A stretch of 64,000 bases of DNA from Mytilus californianus (GCF_021869535.1 NW_026262604.1:15996001-16060000); one strand, 5' to 3'; numbered from the stretch's first letter, positions 14,000 to 27,114 are shown. Notes: generated by a model from the letters alone, not told the origin. Translations and numbers: made by a program.

Positions 14000-15030
14000 T
14001 TTTGTCACCCTAAAACACAAGCAATCATAGTATTGGTCACCCTAAAACACCAGCAAACCTAGTTTTTATCGAAAACACTTAGCAATCACTATGGTACACA
14101 CATTTTTAATGACCAATCTATCATATTGTTGTCACCTAAAACACCAGGAATGACTCTGGTACACAGTGTTTAATGACCCACCAACAGTAGTGCTGTCACC
14201 CAAAAATACCAGTTATCACTTTGGTACACAGTGTTCAATGACCTATTTATCATAGTGTTGTCCAAAAATACCAACTATTACTTTGATACACAGTGTTTAA
14301 TGACCCATCAAACATAGTCTGGTCACCCCCAAAGAACCAAAGATCACTTTGGTACCCAGCGTTTGATGACCCATCAACCATATAGACTTATCACATCAAA
14401 CGCACCAGTAATCACTCTGGTACCCAGTGTCTAATGACCAATTAACCATAGTGTTGTCACCCAAAAACACCAGCAGCCAATCACTCTATTACGCGGTGTT
14501 TAATGACCCATCAATCATATAGTTGTCACCCAAAAACACCATTAATCACTCTGGTTCACAGTGTTTAATGACCCATAATTCATAGTGTTGTCACCCAAAA
14601 GCACCATAGATCACTCTGGTTCACAGTGTTTAATGACACATCAATCATAGTGTTGTCAACCAAAATCACCATAGATCACTCTGGTTCACAGTGTTTAATG
14701 ACCCATCAATCATGGTGTTGTCATCCAAAAACACCATTGATCACTCTGGTTCACAGTGTTTAATGACCCATCAATCATAGTATTGTCACCAAAATCACCA
14801 TAGATCACTCTGGTTCACAGTGTTTAATGACCCATCAATCATAGTGTTGTCACCCAAAAACACCATAGATCACTCTGGTTCACAGTGTTTAATGACCCAT
14901 CAATCATAGTGTTGTCACCCAAAATCACCATAGACCACTCTAGTTTACAGTGTTTAATGACCCATCAATCATAGTGTTGTCACCCAAAAACACCAGCAGC
15001 CAATCACTCTATTACGCAGTGTTTATTGAG
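14000..15030. repeat. Minisatellite, 65-bp unit, about 15 copies
   Basis: Unit cacccaaaaacaccatagatcactctggttcacagtgtttaatgacccatcaatcatagtgttgt; consecutive starts at 14851 and 14916. Confidence 0.95.
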
Positions 15031-15789
15031 CCATCAGCCATAGAACCTTACCGAAAAACATCAACAAACACTATTACAAAGTGTATCCCTCCTGTAACAA
15101 CTAAATCACCTTGTGTATGTTGTATTTATTAAGAAATCTAGTAATTCACAATTATTTGCATGTCTTGCCATAACTTCTTTCTTTTCACTGAATAACATTG
15201 ATGTTTTAGAACAATATCACAATTTATAAAATAATAAAGCTGCGAAAACTTCCATTATACTGGCAATTTTTATATAAGTCATTCTTGACTCATGGGACTT
15301 AAGTTGTCAAAAACTCGACAATTGTTCATACCAGTGTAGTCATAAATTTACGTCTACATATAATTTCATATTTCAATGATTTATGGATTGCATATCATGT
15401 GCTCCTTTCAAAATTGTTTTATGTCTATCTTTGGATTGTAGGAGAGCTAATTGATTATCAAGTAGATAGAGGCACATTTGTATAAAACGCACTTAAATAT
15501 TTCCAAAACATATTGTGACTACTTCAACTTATATTTCCATATAACTGTCCTACTATTTTTTTCTTCAAAATATGTGATGGCCACTTGAATTTCCAATTTA
15601 CTGATATGAAATTAACAGAGGTTACCTCGTATGTTTTTGCTGTATTAATCATTCAAGTGTATGTGGCATAGTTGGAAATATTAAAAATGTGATTTTGATG
15701 CAGTCATGACGTCATGCTTATTCTTCCTTTTTCGTCGGTATTTTTAAAGCGGTTCCAAAGAATTATGCACTCAAACAACAACAAAAAAC

Positions 15790-16085
15790 AATTTGCACCT
15801 GTCCTAAGTCAGGAGCCTGTTGTTCAGTGGTTGTCGTTTGTTGGTGTGGTTCATAGGTGTTTCTCGTTTCTCGTTTTTTATATAGATAATACCGTTGGTT
15901 TACCTGTTTGAATTGTTTTACACTAGTCATTTTGGGGCCCTTTATACATTTGTAGCTTGCTATTCGGTGTAAGCTAAGGCTCCGTGTTGAAGGCCGTACT
16001 TTGACCTATAATTGTTAACTTTTTATAAATTGTGACTTGGATGGAGAGTTGTCTCATTGGCACTCATACCACATCTTCTTATTAA
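15790..16085 (+). repeat. Dominant dispersed repeat copy
   Basis: cctgtcctaagtcaggagcctg...ccacatcttctt; an extra 3' end lies at 16220-16275. Confidence 0.85.
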
Positions 16086-17289
16086 TATTGGTTACCCTAC
16101 ATATCTTATATCAATTAAACAAAAAAATCAGTGAAATTAACATACAATTTTAAAGAAAATGCGTTCGGACAGCGTTTTGAGAACTAGAAACTTTAAGTCA
16201 AGAGTTTTTATTTACTTTTACAAATTGTGACTTGGATGGAGAGTTGTCTCATTGGCATTCATACCACATCTTCTTATATCTACTTTCTATACATTTGTAC
16301 TTCTTTTTCTGATTTTATTATCAAAATAACATGCATCCTTTCTTCCATTTACACAACCTTACATACTCCACGATTGCATTAAAAATTATATGCTGTCACC
16401 ATTAAATGGATAGATAGATAAATAATTTATTGTAGCTAAAGTTTAGGTACTATCATGATTTTAGTCCGAGATTGCTTTGACGTCAGACGGCTTATTTTAG
16501 GACTTTTCTGGGGACGACCAGACGTCAGAGCAATCATGGGCTAGCACGTTGTCTATAAGGAGGTAGGGCCAATTTCCACTATGATAATGTCACACTAGAG
16601 CCATTTTGAAAAGTCTTTTAAATCCGAAATAAACCAGCTTCATGTATGTACTTTAAATTAAGTTCTAAATATCATCATGATGTATTATTTCGTAACATGC
16701 AACCAATTTTGTTTATTTGTAGATGAATCAAAATCTGCAATTTTTGTAGATTTTGGCAAATTGTTAGTTACTCTCGCAAAAATTAATAAAAAGAGCATTC
16801 CTATCAGAAAACGAATTTCGTGGATGCAATTATACCACATCTCCTTATTTTTATTTTGAAATATAAAAATAAGTCGTTTATAAACAAATCAATTCATGTT
16901 CGAAATAGATTCTTCAGTATGACTGAATAACTCTTTTTTATCCTTTTTTTGTTTACTTTTATGACTACAGATCATTTTATAGTTGTATATAATCCACTTA
17001 TCAAATATAACATTGAAGCAATTTTAAGTTATTGAGTGACATGCCTTCATTTGAACCAAATTTTCCTTAGCTTTATAGACACAAAACATTTCGTTCCAAT
17101 TAATTATTAATAAAAAGGATAACAGCAAAGATGGACTTCGTTCAGGCACTTACAATTTCAATGGAATTTTTAACCTCAGTGTATCATTAGAGTGAAATGT
17201 TAACGTTTCCTATCTCGCATCTAAAAATAAGGTATATATTTTATTTTAAGGGGACTATGACACATTAATGTTTTTTTTCAATTTTATAT

Positions 17290-17438
17290 AGACAATAATA
17301 GTGCATTGACTTGACATATCAACGATATAAGGATGAGGCTTAGAAACGGGGAAATGCGAGGCTCTGCCGAGCTTTTTCCCCGTTTCGGGCCGAATCCTTA
17401 TATCGTTGATATGTCAAGTCAATGCACTATTATTGTCT
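17290..17438. repeat. Long near-perfect inverted repeat (hairpin)
   Basis: Perfect 45-bp arms at 17290-17334 and 17394-17438, plus inner 12-bp arms at 17343-17354 and 17375-17386. Confidence 0.9.
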
Positions 17439-20059
17439 TTATACTGCAATCTAAAAAAAAAAAAACATTTTCAATTGTTGTTTAATGTGTTAATTGTATT
17501 ATTTGATTTGAATATTTGGAAACTTCCCCCTTTTATAAAAAGGCCTCATATCATGCAGGCGGAGAAATATACAACACAATGAAATGTACATTACCTGTTG
17601 AAACCCGCAATCGATGGTGAACGAATTTGTTTGAGAATGAACTAAAATATCAACAATAAGCATAAAACATAATGATTTATAGTTTGCAAACCAAAAAAAT
17701 TAACAAGTAAAATATGTTTTTTTTTTCTAAAAATTGCAAAAGAAATAAGTTTGAGTCGTTGTATACATTGGAAACAAGAACAGGTTGAATAGGTCGTATG
17801 AATAATTAATTATAATTTCGGCAATTTCTATTTAAATATTCATGAGGAAAAGTGATATCAGGTCAGTGACTGTATATGACATAGAAATATACGGTCAACG
17901 CATTTTGACTGCTCAAATAGGACGAGTGCAGTATAAATAACATTACATATACAATGAATCAGAAGAACACTGTTCTAAATTCCGACCAATCTCGGGTAAC
18001 CATGATTTATATTTGTTTGCGTCCCAAACCAGTTGATTATTACATGACAACACATAGGTTAGTTAAATATCCTTAGTACGAAGGTGTGGGAGATATTTGA
18101 TATACTCCAGACACTCGTCTAAACTCGGCCGATTCCGTTCCTCTATCTAAGAAGGAGAGTAGCGGGTTCACCAGAGGATTGCCGATTGATACTTCAGAGA
18201 GACAGCCAAACAAAAATGAGACAAAATAAACATTTAGAGGTCATTAACAACATAAAAAAATTAACTAATAGACAAGTTAAGTGTCAATATTATATGGACC
18301 TTTAAAAATAATCATGAGTGAGGATAATTTGTGAATGGATTTATCAGAGTCTACCAAAGATAAATAAAAGTAGATCTGGGGTAAACGTTTATGAGACAGC
18401 AATCGACCGACAAAAATAACGAAAAAAACATCTAGTGAGGACAAGATGTCTATACAACAGTGGCGGATCCAGAGGGGGCGTAGAGGGCGTACGCCCCCCC
18501 CCCCTTTTGCTTGCACTTTTTTTTTTTGTAAAATGATTAATCAGACTAGACTTCGTGAACTTTGCCATTTTCCGCGTATTTAATTTTTATGCGACAATTC
18601 TTTACTTATAAAGATATGTTTCGCTCGTATTTACTGTAATATATTATTGATTATGTCAAAATCATGTGATTCGCTACGGTGGAGTTGACCAATGCGTCGA
18701 AAAAACGTCACTCAGTCATTTTGAAATTCAAATTATAGTAACACATTGCTTAGGCTGAGGATGACAAGCATGACACCTTCAAAGCGACAAAGGATTGAAC
18801 AAGAACGTATTTATTGACTTCTATTTCACAATTCCACCGAACAGAAAGTAATACTCTATTACACTTTCATGAAAAAAAAAGTTCCACAGCAATATTATTT
18901 ACCTACGAAAACATGTTTAACCCAACACGCCCCAGCCTATTAATAACATAGTTGAATAATGATCCCCAGTCAATAAGCTCTAGATAGATTTAAAGTCTAA
19001 GGTACGCACCATTTGATTTGAGGGGGCAGTCTGAGATGTTTGAGAGAAAAAATTCTGACCCTGATTTTTGCCTCAAACAAAAATTCTGGCCGTATCTGAA
19101 TTGAAAACAATAATCTTGTCCACTTTTTTTGCTATTAGGAACAAAAATTTCCAACAGAATTATTTAGCATTAAATGAACATGATGAATAAAAAAACGAGC
19201 GTAATTTTTTTGGGGCCGGAGGATTTGCATGTAAATCCCATATCTGACTGGAATGTCTGTTTCGTCGAACTGATAAAATGAATATTTTTTCAAGGCCCGA
19301 CTGCAACCTGCCTGCTGGGTGTGGCCTTTATGTCTCCATTTGTCGACCGTCATTCATATATTCGTTGCCATTTCAGACTCATTCGTAGCCTTTGGTTGAT
19401 TTGGAACCCCTCACTTCCCTTGTTGGGTGAAACATTTCAACCAAACATTTGAATAAAAATTGCTTGTTTGTCTTTCTTAACTCGTGTCGGTCGTATTGTA
19501 AATTTCATTGAATAGCCCGGCGTATATCTTGTTTACAACAAGAAATCCGTGACGTTATGCTAACGCCTAAACATACAAAAAACGAGAATTTTCCATGTCA
19601 ATTTTTTACTGACAAGTCCCACATCAAATATATTAGTACATAGCTTTGGATCCATCCAATCATTTTATAATAGACAATTAATGGGGAGAATACGGCATCA
19701 AAAATGTCCAACCCTTACACTTTAACTATAAAATATACATGCCTTACGTCAGGAACCGTTAAAAAAGTGCATTTTACACTTATTTTATGTTTTTTTGCCA
19801 AAAAAAGGTCCTAAAATTTTTTCGCTTTTCGATGTTTACATACTTCGCCCCCCCCTCCCCCCCTTTCCAAAATCCTGGATCCGCCCCTGTACAATATGTC
19901 AAGCTCTTAATCGTCTGGAATCTAAAATCGTCTACCGCTAGGCAAGCATCATCTGCAATGCAAATCCACACTCAATTTAAATGTCACGCTATGGAATAAA
20001 GGACATTCCAGTAGCTAGCAGAAAGAGGTTCGGACGAACCACCCTCTGAAAATACTATC

Positions 20060-20275
20060 ATTTAAAGTCAGATTTAAGTCGAGATTCATATTGAAGTTTG
20101 CTATTAAAGTCAGATTTGAGTTGAGATTCATATTGAAGTTTGACTATCAAATCGAGATTCATATTTAAGTTTGACTATTAAAGTCAGATTTGAGTCGAGA
20201 TTCATATTGAAGTTTGACTATTAAAGTCAGATTTGAGTCGAGATTCATATTGAAGTTTGACTATTAAAGTCAGAG
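20060..20275. repeat. Minisatellite, 43-bp unit, about 5 copies
   Basis: Unit aagtcagatttgagtcgagattcatattgaagtttgactatta. Confidence 0.9.
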
Positions 20276-22964
20276 CGTTATAACGATCACATCAAATAGT
20301 ATAACCCTCTCAGATAAATCTTGACTACGGGGTTGTAAGAGGTAGGCTATATTTTGCCATGATGGACCACAAATAAACAAAGTATAAGAGAAAAAAGTTA
20401 ACCTAATCAAGTTAGCTAATGCAGTTAATCTTTTGATATAAACGTCACGCGATAATGCCTTTTTCAGTCTTGAGTGTTCGAGAATAAAAAAAAAATCAGT
20501 ACATATAATTGCCCTTTCAGTTAATTAGTATTCGACACATTTAACCGAGATCTACTTATCTTAAGGTTTGTCCACTTATATATCATTCGACCGAATAATT
20601 TTCCCCTGGCCATGATACGGCAAATATTTCTTGATATGCATTACCTTCATTTTGCTTTTCGTTTTTGTTTCCAGTTTAAATAAATCGAAACATAAATCAT
20701 GAAACTGCGTATGGAACAATCCCAAAATACATGTAATAAATAGGATCCCAACATAAAATCTTCTAAATCATACGAATATTAGGGCGAGGGTACATTAATA
20801 AAAGAAAACATGTAATAGACAAAACTAAATTGATTGATTGATTGATTGTTGGTTGCTTAACGTACACATATTTCAATCATGGATGTTCAGGACGAGAAAA
20901 TTGAAAAACTGCTCCGGTGGGATATCATGCACGATTTCATACATATTTGTTAACTTAATTTAAAAAATCAAAACACGAACAAATCAATGTTCAAAAAACA
21001 AGATGTCAAATTTTAAAATCATGTGGTCTTGCTTATACATGTAGTGGTACGAAATTGACAAACGACAGCACGACTGGAAGTTTAAACTACAACTCGTACA
21101 GATTAAACATCATTCGAATGCGGTACGTAAATTGGTGGTCCCTGTGGCAGCTCGTGAAGGGAATACAAATGTGTGTAAAAACAATATATTTATATAAAAA
21201 ATTAAATAAATAAACGGTTTGATTACAAGCAATATAGCTTATAATCACATTACATGAAACTTTTTAAGACTCCGTAATTTTGATTTGTCAGTTTATATCT
21301 TATTTCCACATAAATTGCAACAGCTTTGACTAAAAGTGCTTTCCGTGACAACGTTAAAACAAATATAGTTAAACACACGACAGGCTTGATTATGTTTTCG
21401 TCCTGGATATGTATTTAATTTGACACGGGACGTTAAACAACCACCAATCCATCGATCATACAAAAAAAAAAAAACTGTAATTTCAAAAAGATGCCTTCAT
21501 GAAATGCCAGAATTTAAATTATTTCACTAGCAAAAAAAAAATGAAAGCTTCGGGGTGGTTTGGCGGTTCCCGCAAGGGTCCATCTGCAACGATAATAAAT
21601 TGGGTCCGCGTGAACTGGTCAATAATTAAGTGAATCGAAAACGTAAAGGTTTAAATTTTACAAATTGTACTATCTTTGAGACACCGCTTATCATTGTATC
21701 TTTAAGGGTCTGGATATGGGGTCCTTCATTTCTTTATTCCTTAACTTTTTATATCATTATTCTCTATTCTGTATATTTTAGCACCCCATTAATCCTTATT
21801 CTTTTTTTTGTGTCTATTTTTCTCTATTCTTATTTTTTGACCTTTATTCTTCAATTTTTGCCCATTTATTCTCTTTTATGTAAACACCATCCAGTCAGAC
21901 CCTCATGTTTGTCAAGTTTAATTCTTCTCAAAATCAATCTTAAAGTTCGAAATTTTAACACACGAATACATTATTCTCTTAATGGATGTTTCCCACGTGT
22001 TAGGTAATTTTGAACACGTTTATGTTGCACAAGGCCGAAAATGTTATAAAACTGAAGTAAGATAAATGTTCAATGAGGATTCTGTCTCGCTAGGTAAGTT
22101 TTAAATTTTGATGTATTGTATTTCAGTGGTGGATTCAAAGGGGATCGTAGAGAGCATACCTCCCCCTCCCTTGATCAGCAAAATGAAAATGACACTAAAT
22201 AAATAATAAAGTTTATGCGTCCGAAGAGCTTTTCTGTATTTGCTTAGAGCTTCATCAGGAACGCTCAAAGCCAAAAATTTGAAAGTCGGATGTATAAATA
22301 CCTAACAACGTTTATGAAGCGAATATAATTTTTTGGTTTAAAATCGTTATTTTTGCTACCCGTTTGGACAATTGTACCCCCTTTTCCCGAACCCTGCATT
22401 GTTCTGGCGATATGATAGGAAACGGAAGAGTTTTATTCCTATTTGTCTTCGTTATGAATATGCTTATGTTTTTACTTAGCTGCGATTTTTTTCTGAAGTT
22501 TACATAATGATGCTTGTTGTAGTTTGTATAAGCTCTATTTTTGATTTGTAACTTTTTTTTATATCAAATCACAAAGTTTATGACATTGAATAAGATTCTT
22601 GGTTGCTTGCTATTATATAAAAAAAAAATTCCTTTGGACATTATCACAAATCCTTTGAACAATATCACATTTTTGTTTATTTGCAAAAGATACCATTTAA
22701 AAAAAATAAAATGTGACTGAAACCAGTCTCCACGATAAACTAACAGGCACAAGCCAGTGAAATATACGGAGGGCAAGTAACACGATTTAGAAAATGAGAA
22801 GCAATCTTTATGGATTTATAGAAATGTAGTGAAAACTTATATTTTCGTAAAGATTGCTGAATGACACCTCTAGTTTTCCTCATTTCAATCAAATTTTCAA
22901 AATATAATACAAGTCCATTTATAAATAAATCTAGTGAGTAGCCCATAAATTTTGAATAACATCC

Positions 22965-23490
22965 AGCAGGTAATGTAAGATTATTCTAGAAATGTTACTT
23001 AACAACGAACAGGTAATGTAAGATTATTCTAGAAAAGTTGCTTAACAACGAACAGGTAATGTAAGAGTAGCCTGTAGAAATGTTTCTTAACAACGAACAG
23101 GCCATGTAAAAATATTCTAGAAATAATGTTGCTTAACAACAAACAGATCATGTAAGAATAGTCTAGAAATGTTGCTTAACAACGAGCAGGCCATTTAAGA
23201 ATTGTCTAGAAATGTTGCTTAACAACGAACAGGCCATTTAAGAATAGTCTAGAAATGTTGCTTAACAACGAGCAGGTCATTTAAGAATAGTCTAGAAATG
23301 TTGCTTAACAGCAAATAGACCATGTAACAATGCACTACACATGTTGCTTAACAACGAACATACCATGTAACAATGCACTACACATGTTGCTTAACAGCAA
23401 ACAGACCATGTAACAATGCACTACACATGTTGCTTAACAGCAAAAAGACCATGTAACAATGCACTACACATGTTGTTTAACAGCAAACAG
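22965..23490. repeat. Minisatellite, 43-bp unit, about 12 copies in two variant blocks
   Basis: ctagaaatgttgcttaacaacgaacaggccatttaagaatagt, then ctacacatgttgcttaacagcaaacagaccatgtaacaatgca. Confidence 0.9.
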
Positions 23491-23714
23491 ATCACGTGAG
23501 AGTATAAGAATAAGGATATTTTGTATGATTACCATTAAGACAACTGTATTCACCAGAGACCAAATGAGATAGGAGTAAGATAACTATAAGTCAAATTACG
23601 GTCATTTAAGATTAAAGTAAGGATATGTTGCATGATTGCCAATGAGACAACTATTCACCAGAGACCAAATGAAGTGTAAGTAAGCAACTATAGGTCAAGG
23701 TAAACATATTAATT

Positions 23715-23900
23715 AATTGTCAGTACAGGCACTCCATATATTGCGAATGAGTTTGAAAATATACACACCATAGGAAGGGTTCGAAGGAACATCACCGTCC
23801 AAAAAAGGGAAAATTAACAATAGGGAACGAAAAATCGTCTCTTTTGTCGTAAATTTTTGTATAGATTTTTTAATCTGAAGAAAGCTGAAATACCCAAAGC
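23715..23900 (-). mobile_element. Penelope-like RT fragment
   Basis: FPFLDGDVPSNPSYGVYIFKLIR, the same RT region seen at 40440-40515 and 62638 onward. Confidence 0.65.
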
Positions 23901-25257
23901 TAGAACTGAACAATTAATGCAGTATATTTTAGATCTTTATTAAAAGTAATTTCCACAGTATGATTAGAGAATTAAACAATTTGAAAACAAGAGGTAGGTT
24001 TAATCTTTCTCTGCATAATTTCACACCAGAGCCATTTTCAAAAGTCTTTTTCAATCTTTACTTTAAAATTACAATGTGCCTTGTAATCGTTGAATTTTAT
24101 ACAACCATATGTACTGAAGTATTTCTGGCCACGATACCAAATAACAAATGCTTTAATCATGCTAAAAAAGCAATTTTGAAAGATTTAAGCAAATTTAAGT
24201 AGTTGTCATAAAACTCAAAAAAAGAAACATTCTTAATAAAAAACTATATCGGAACTTAAACTGAATAGACTATTTTCATATTACCGTGACTCCGGATTAT
24301 ATAATTTGTCGACTGGTTACCTTGGACATCATGGTACAAAGTCAGGTAAGAGCAAGCTAAAGAAGTAAAACCGAAGTTTCAAACGGTACAATTTTGGGGG
24401 AAAATTACCTGGTTAATATTGTTTTTTCACAACAAAATCATCGGAAAACAGTAAACTTTCCCCTCAAATTACACCGATTATATGTTTGATTTTACTTATT
24501 TTGGCTGCTCTTACTCGAATAAATAAGGCGTGTTTCCGTTTTCGATGTACTCCGGCAAAGTTGACCGTAGCTGAATTTAGCTAACCTTTTTGTGTCCCTT
24601 TTATTCATATACATGTAGCTCCTAACGTCTCTATGTACTTATAATACATCCTTGGATTTGATTTAAAATTTTTGGGCTTGAACATTCCTGATGGAGGTCA
24701 ATCCAGAAAACGCTTCGGACGCACAACATTTATAAGTTATTTTACAGAATGGTAAATCAATGGAATATTGTCTCCTCCTCTAGATCCGAAAGCAAACAGG
24801 GCTATCTGTACTTAACAATACAAGTAACGCACTAGCTTTTCTTCCCATATATAGAAATTTCTCACAATTTCTTGTTTGTTTTTGTTTTTTTGTTTTTATA
24901 AAAAGTATTAAGTTTTAAGCATAATAATGAAATTAATACACGTGTTTTATATAGAAAATTTCGTTTTAGTGGCTACAATTTGGGTTTTAGGTAAAACAAA
25001 AATCAAGTCTGAGATTAGTCAATTTCAAATTGGGTTTTCAGAATTAAAAAAATCGATTAAGAAACTGTAGATAGTTATTTTAATGTGTTTCCATGTAAAA
25101 ACACACAATTCAGTTTTCACAATTTTGCAAAATTTCTCTTTTGGGGCTGAAAATGTAGTTTTTATAACAGAACCAAAAATAAATACTCAGTTTTTTAGAA
25201 TTTGATGCTATTATACATGGTCAGACTCCAGAAATGTTATGTTTACATGTTTACTTA

Positions 25258-25350
25258 TTTAATAGCTTTTAAAAAGGTTTTGCCAATATTTAATAGCTTT
25301 TAAAAAGTTTTTGCCAATATTTAATAGCTTTTAAAAAGTTTTTGCCAATA
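25258..25350. repeat. 31-bp tandem repeat x3
   Basis: tttaatagcttttaaaaagtttttgccaata. Confidence 0.85.
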
Positions 25351-26171
25351 GAGATTTTTACTCCAAAGAAATGAATGGGAGTGTCGCGTTTGGTTGTTGA
25401 GTATACATAAATATTTAAAACATATTTTAAAAGTGCAGTTCCTCTTATTCATACCATTATCGGATTATAGATAACCCCGATAAAGAAGTGCCGTGTCACA
25501 TATCTATAGATACATGTACTATTTTAAAACACATCATAACACTCTATTTTATCTCACATGACCCACGTGAATGTGTTTTATACACATAGTTTACATACAC
25601 ATACACCGGCTTGTCATCCTTCATCATAATATATACAAAATGTACAAGTGACTAGTTTTAATCGATATCGTATAGTTGACATTTTATTTGTTATCTCGTT
25701 ATTGTGGTGGAGATGTAGATTTCGAACAATATTTTAAGGTATGTTCATGTATTATCTAAGCATCGTATGTATTTTTTTTCACCTGGAACCAGTTGAAGTG
25801 ACACGTGGACATTATGAGAAGTAAATATTATGAAACATTTATAACCATATGGGACATGTTCGGATCGAGTTCATGTGATCACACATTTCATATATTTTTT
25901 ATAGCTCACCTGGCCCTAGGGGTCATTGTCAACCTTTGACATCCGTCGTCCGTTGTGAAGTGTTTAAATCCTTACTCCCCATATTATTTGTTTTGTTACA
26001 GAGTCACCTCAAAAGACATTAAAGTAGACTCTCATACTTCCAGGGGGTTTAATATATAAAAGTGCATATTTGTACCATATGACTCGATGCCGGAATTGTC
26101 AATGAGCATGACTCACCGTTCCTGTACTGTAGAAAGAAGTATGTCAATTTTTAATAAATATTTTGATCTGA

Positions 26172-26215
26172 GCGTCACTGATGAGTCTTATGTAGACGAA
26201 ACGCGCGTCTGGCGT
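26172..26215 (+). ncRNA. Minimal type-I hammerhead ribozyme motif (Penelope-associated type)
   Basis: gcgtca-CTGATGA-gtct(tatgt)agac-GAAA-c-gcgc-GTC-tggcgt. The core is complete, stem II has 4 bp, stem III is palindromic (acgcgcgt) and stem I pairs. Predicted cleavage is after C26209. Confidence 0.8.
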
Positions 26216-26577
26216 ATTAAATTATAATCCTGGTACCTTTGATAACTATTTTAAAACATTGTATAATATCTGTGCAGTTATTTCACCAATGAGAACTAAA
26301 TGCACAGCCGTACGTCCACTTTATGATCTTTGATGACCTCTGCTTACCTACTGACCAGTACCAAACTTTGAGCGTGAGGTTGATGCATGGTACATAATTA
26401 ACAAATAAAAAGACGAAAATATAATCGCAAAAAATCATCAAATTGTAGTATCAATTTGAAGAATACAGAATTTCAGTAGACTTTGACACCAAACACAGGG
26501 GAATATCTATTTTTACTCTAAATCTTTTCAGCACATTTTAAGCTATCTGATATTTCATAAATCTGATATTTCATGAA

Positions 26578-26638
26578 GCTAATAATAATAATAATAATAA
26601 TATAATAATAACAACAACAATAATAATAATAATAATTA
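26578..26638. repeat. (AAT)n/(AAC)n microsatellite
   Basis: aataataataataat...aacaacaacaataataat. Confidence 0.9.
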
Positions 26639-27114
26639 GAAACGAGAACGTAGATTAACAATTTCAGGGTTTTATATTGTAATATTATAGACTTGAAATT
26701 CACTTTCTAGGTATTTCTGTTCGTTATTCAGTATATTTTTTGATCTACAAAAACGTAGACTAACACTTTCATAGTGTTATAGTAAATATAGTTTCAAGGA
26801 CTTGGGGTTGACATTATTTACATACACTTCTAAACTTTTTCGTGAATAGATTAAGATATTATTAGAAATTAAGGTTCCAACTTTCTCTGGCAAAATTGAT
26901 CGTATATTGATTTGGTTAACTTTTTTAGGTCCCCTGTGGTCATAATCTCTTAACATATTCAAGCATCTATACATCCTTGTCTTACTTTTAGGGGTTTCGA
27001 ATGTAACTGATAAAGGTCAATCCAGAAAAAGTAGTTCGGACGTACACACTATTTTTCTAGTAATATGATATTTCATTTTGGAACCACCTTACTTCCTTCC
27101 CTGCCCTGTTAACT

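Noticed and set aside
15707-15718. catgacgtcatg palindrome containing a CRE-like TGACGTCA
   Set aside because: It is far from any identified start site and adjacent to repeats, so regulatory function cannot be supported.
19135-19400. Relatively GC-rich stretch with a 72-aa minus-strand ORF
   Set aside because: No recognisable motif, splice structure or repeat identity.
21630-22007. 125-aa hydrophobic ORF
   Set aside because: It derives from a low-complexity tattctcta-rich dispersed repeat and is not protein-like.
22965-23490. CRISPR-like regular repeats (also 14000-15030 and 20060-20275)
   Set aside because: The units are directly abutting with no unique spacers, the context is eukaryotic, and there are no cas genes.
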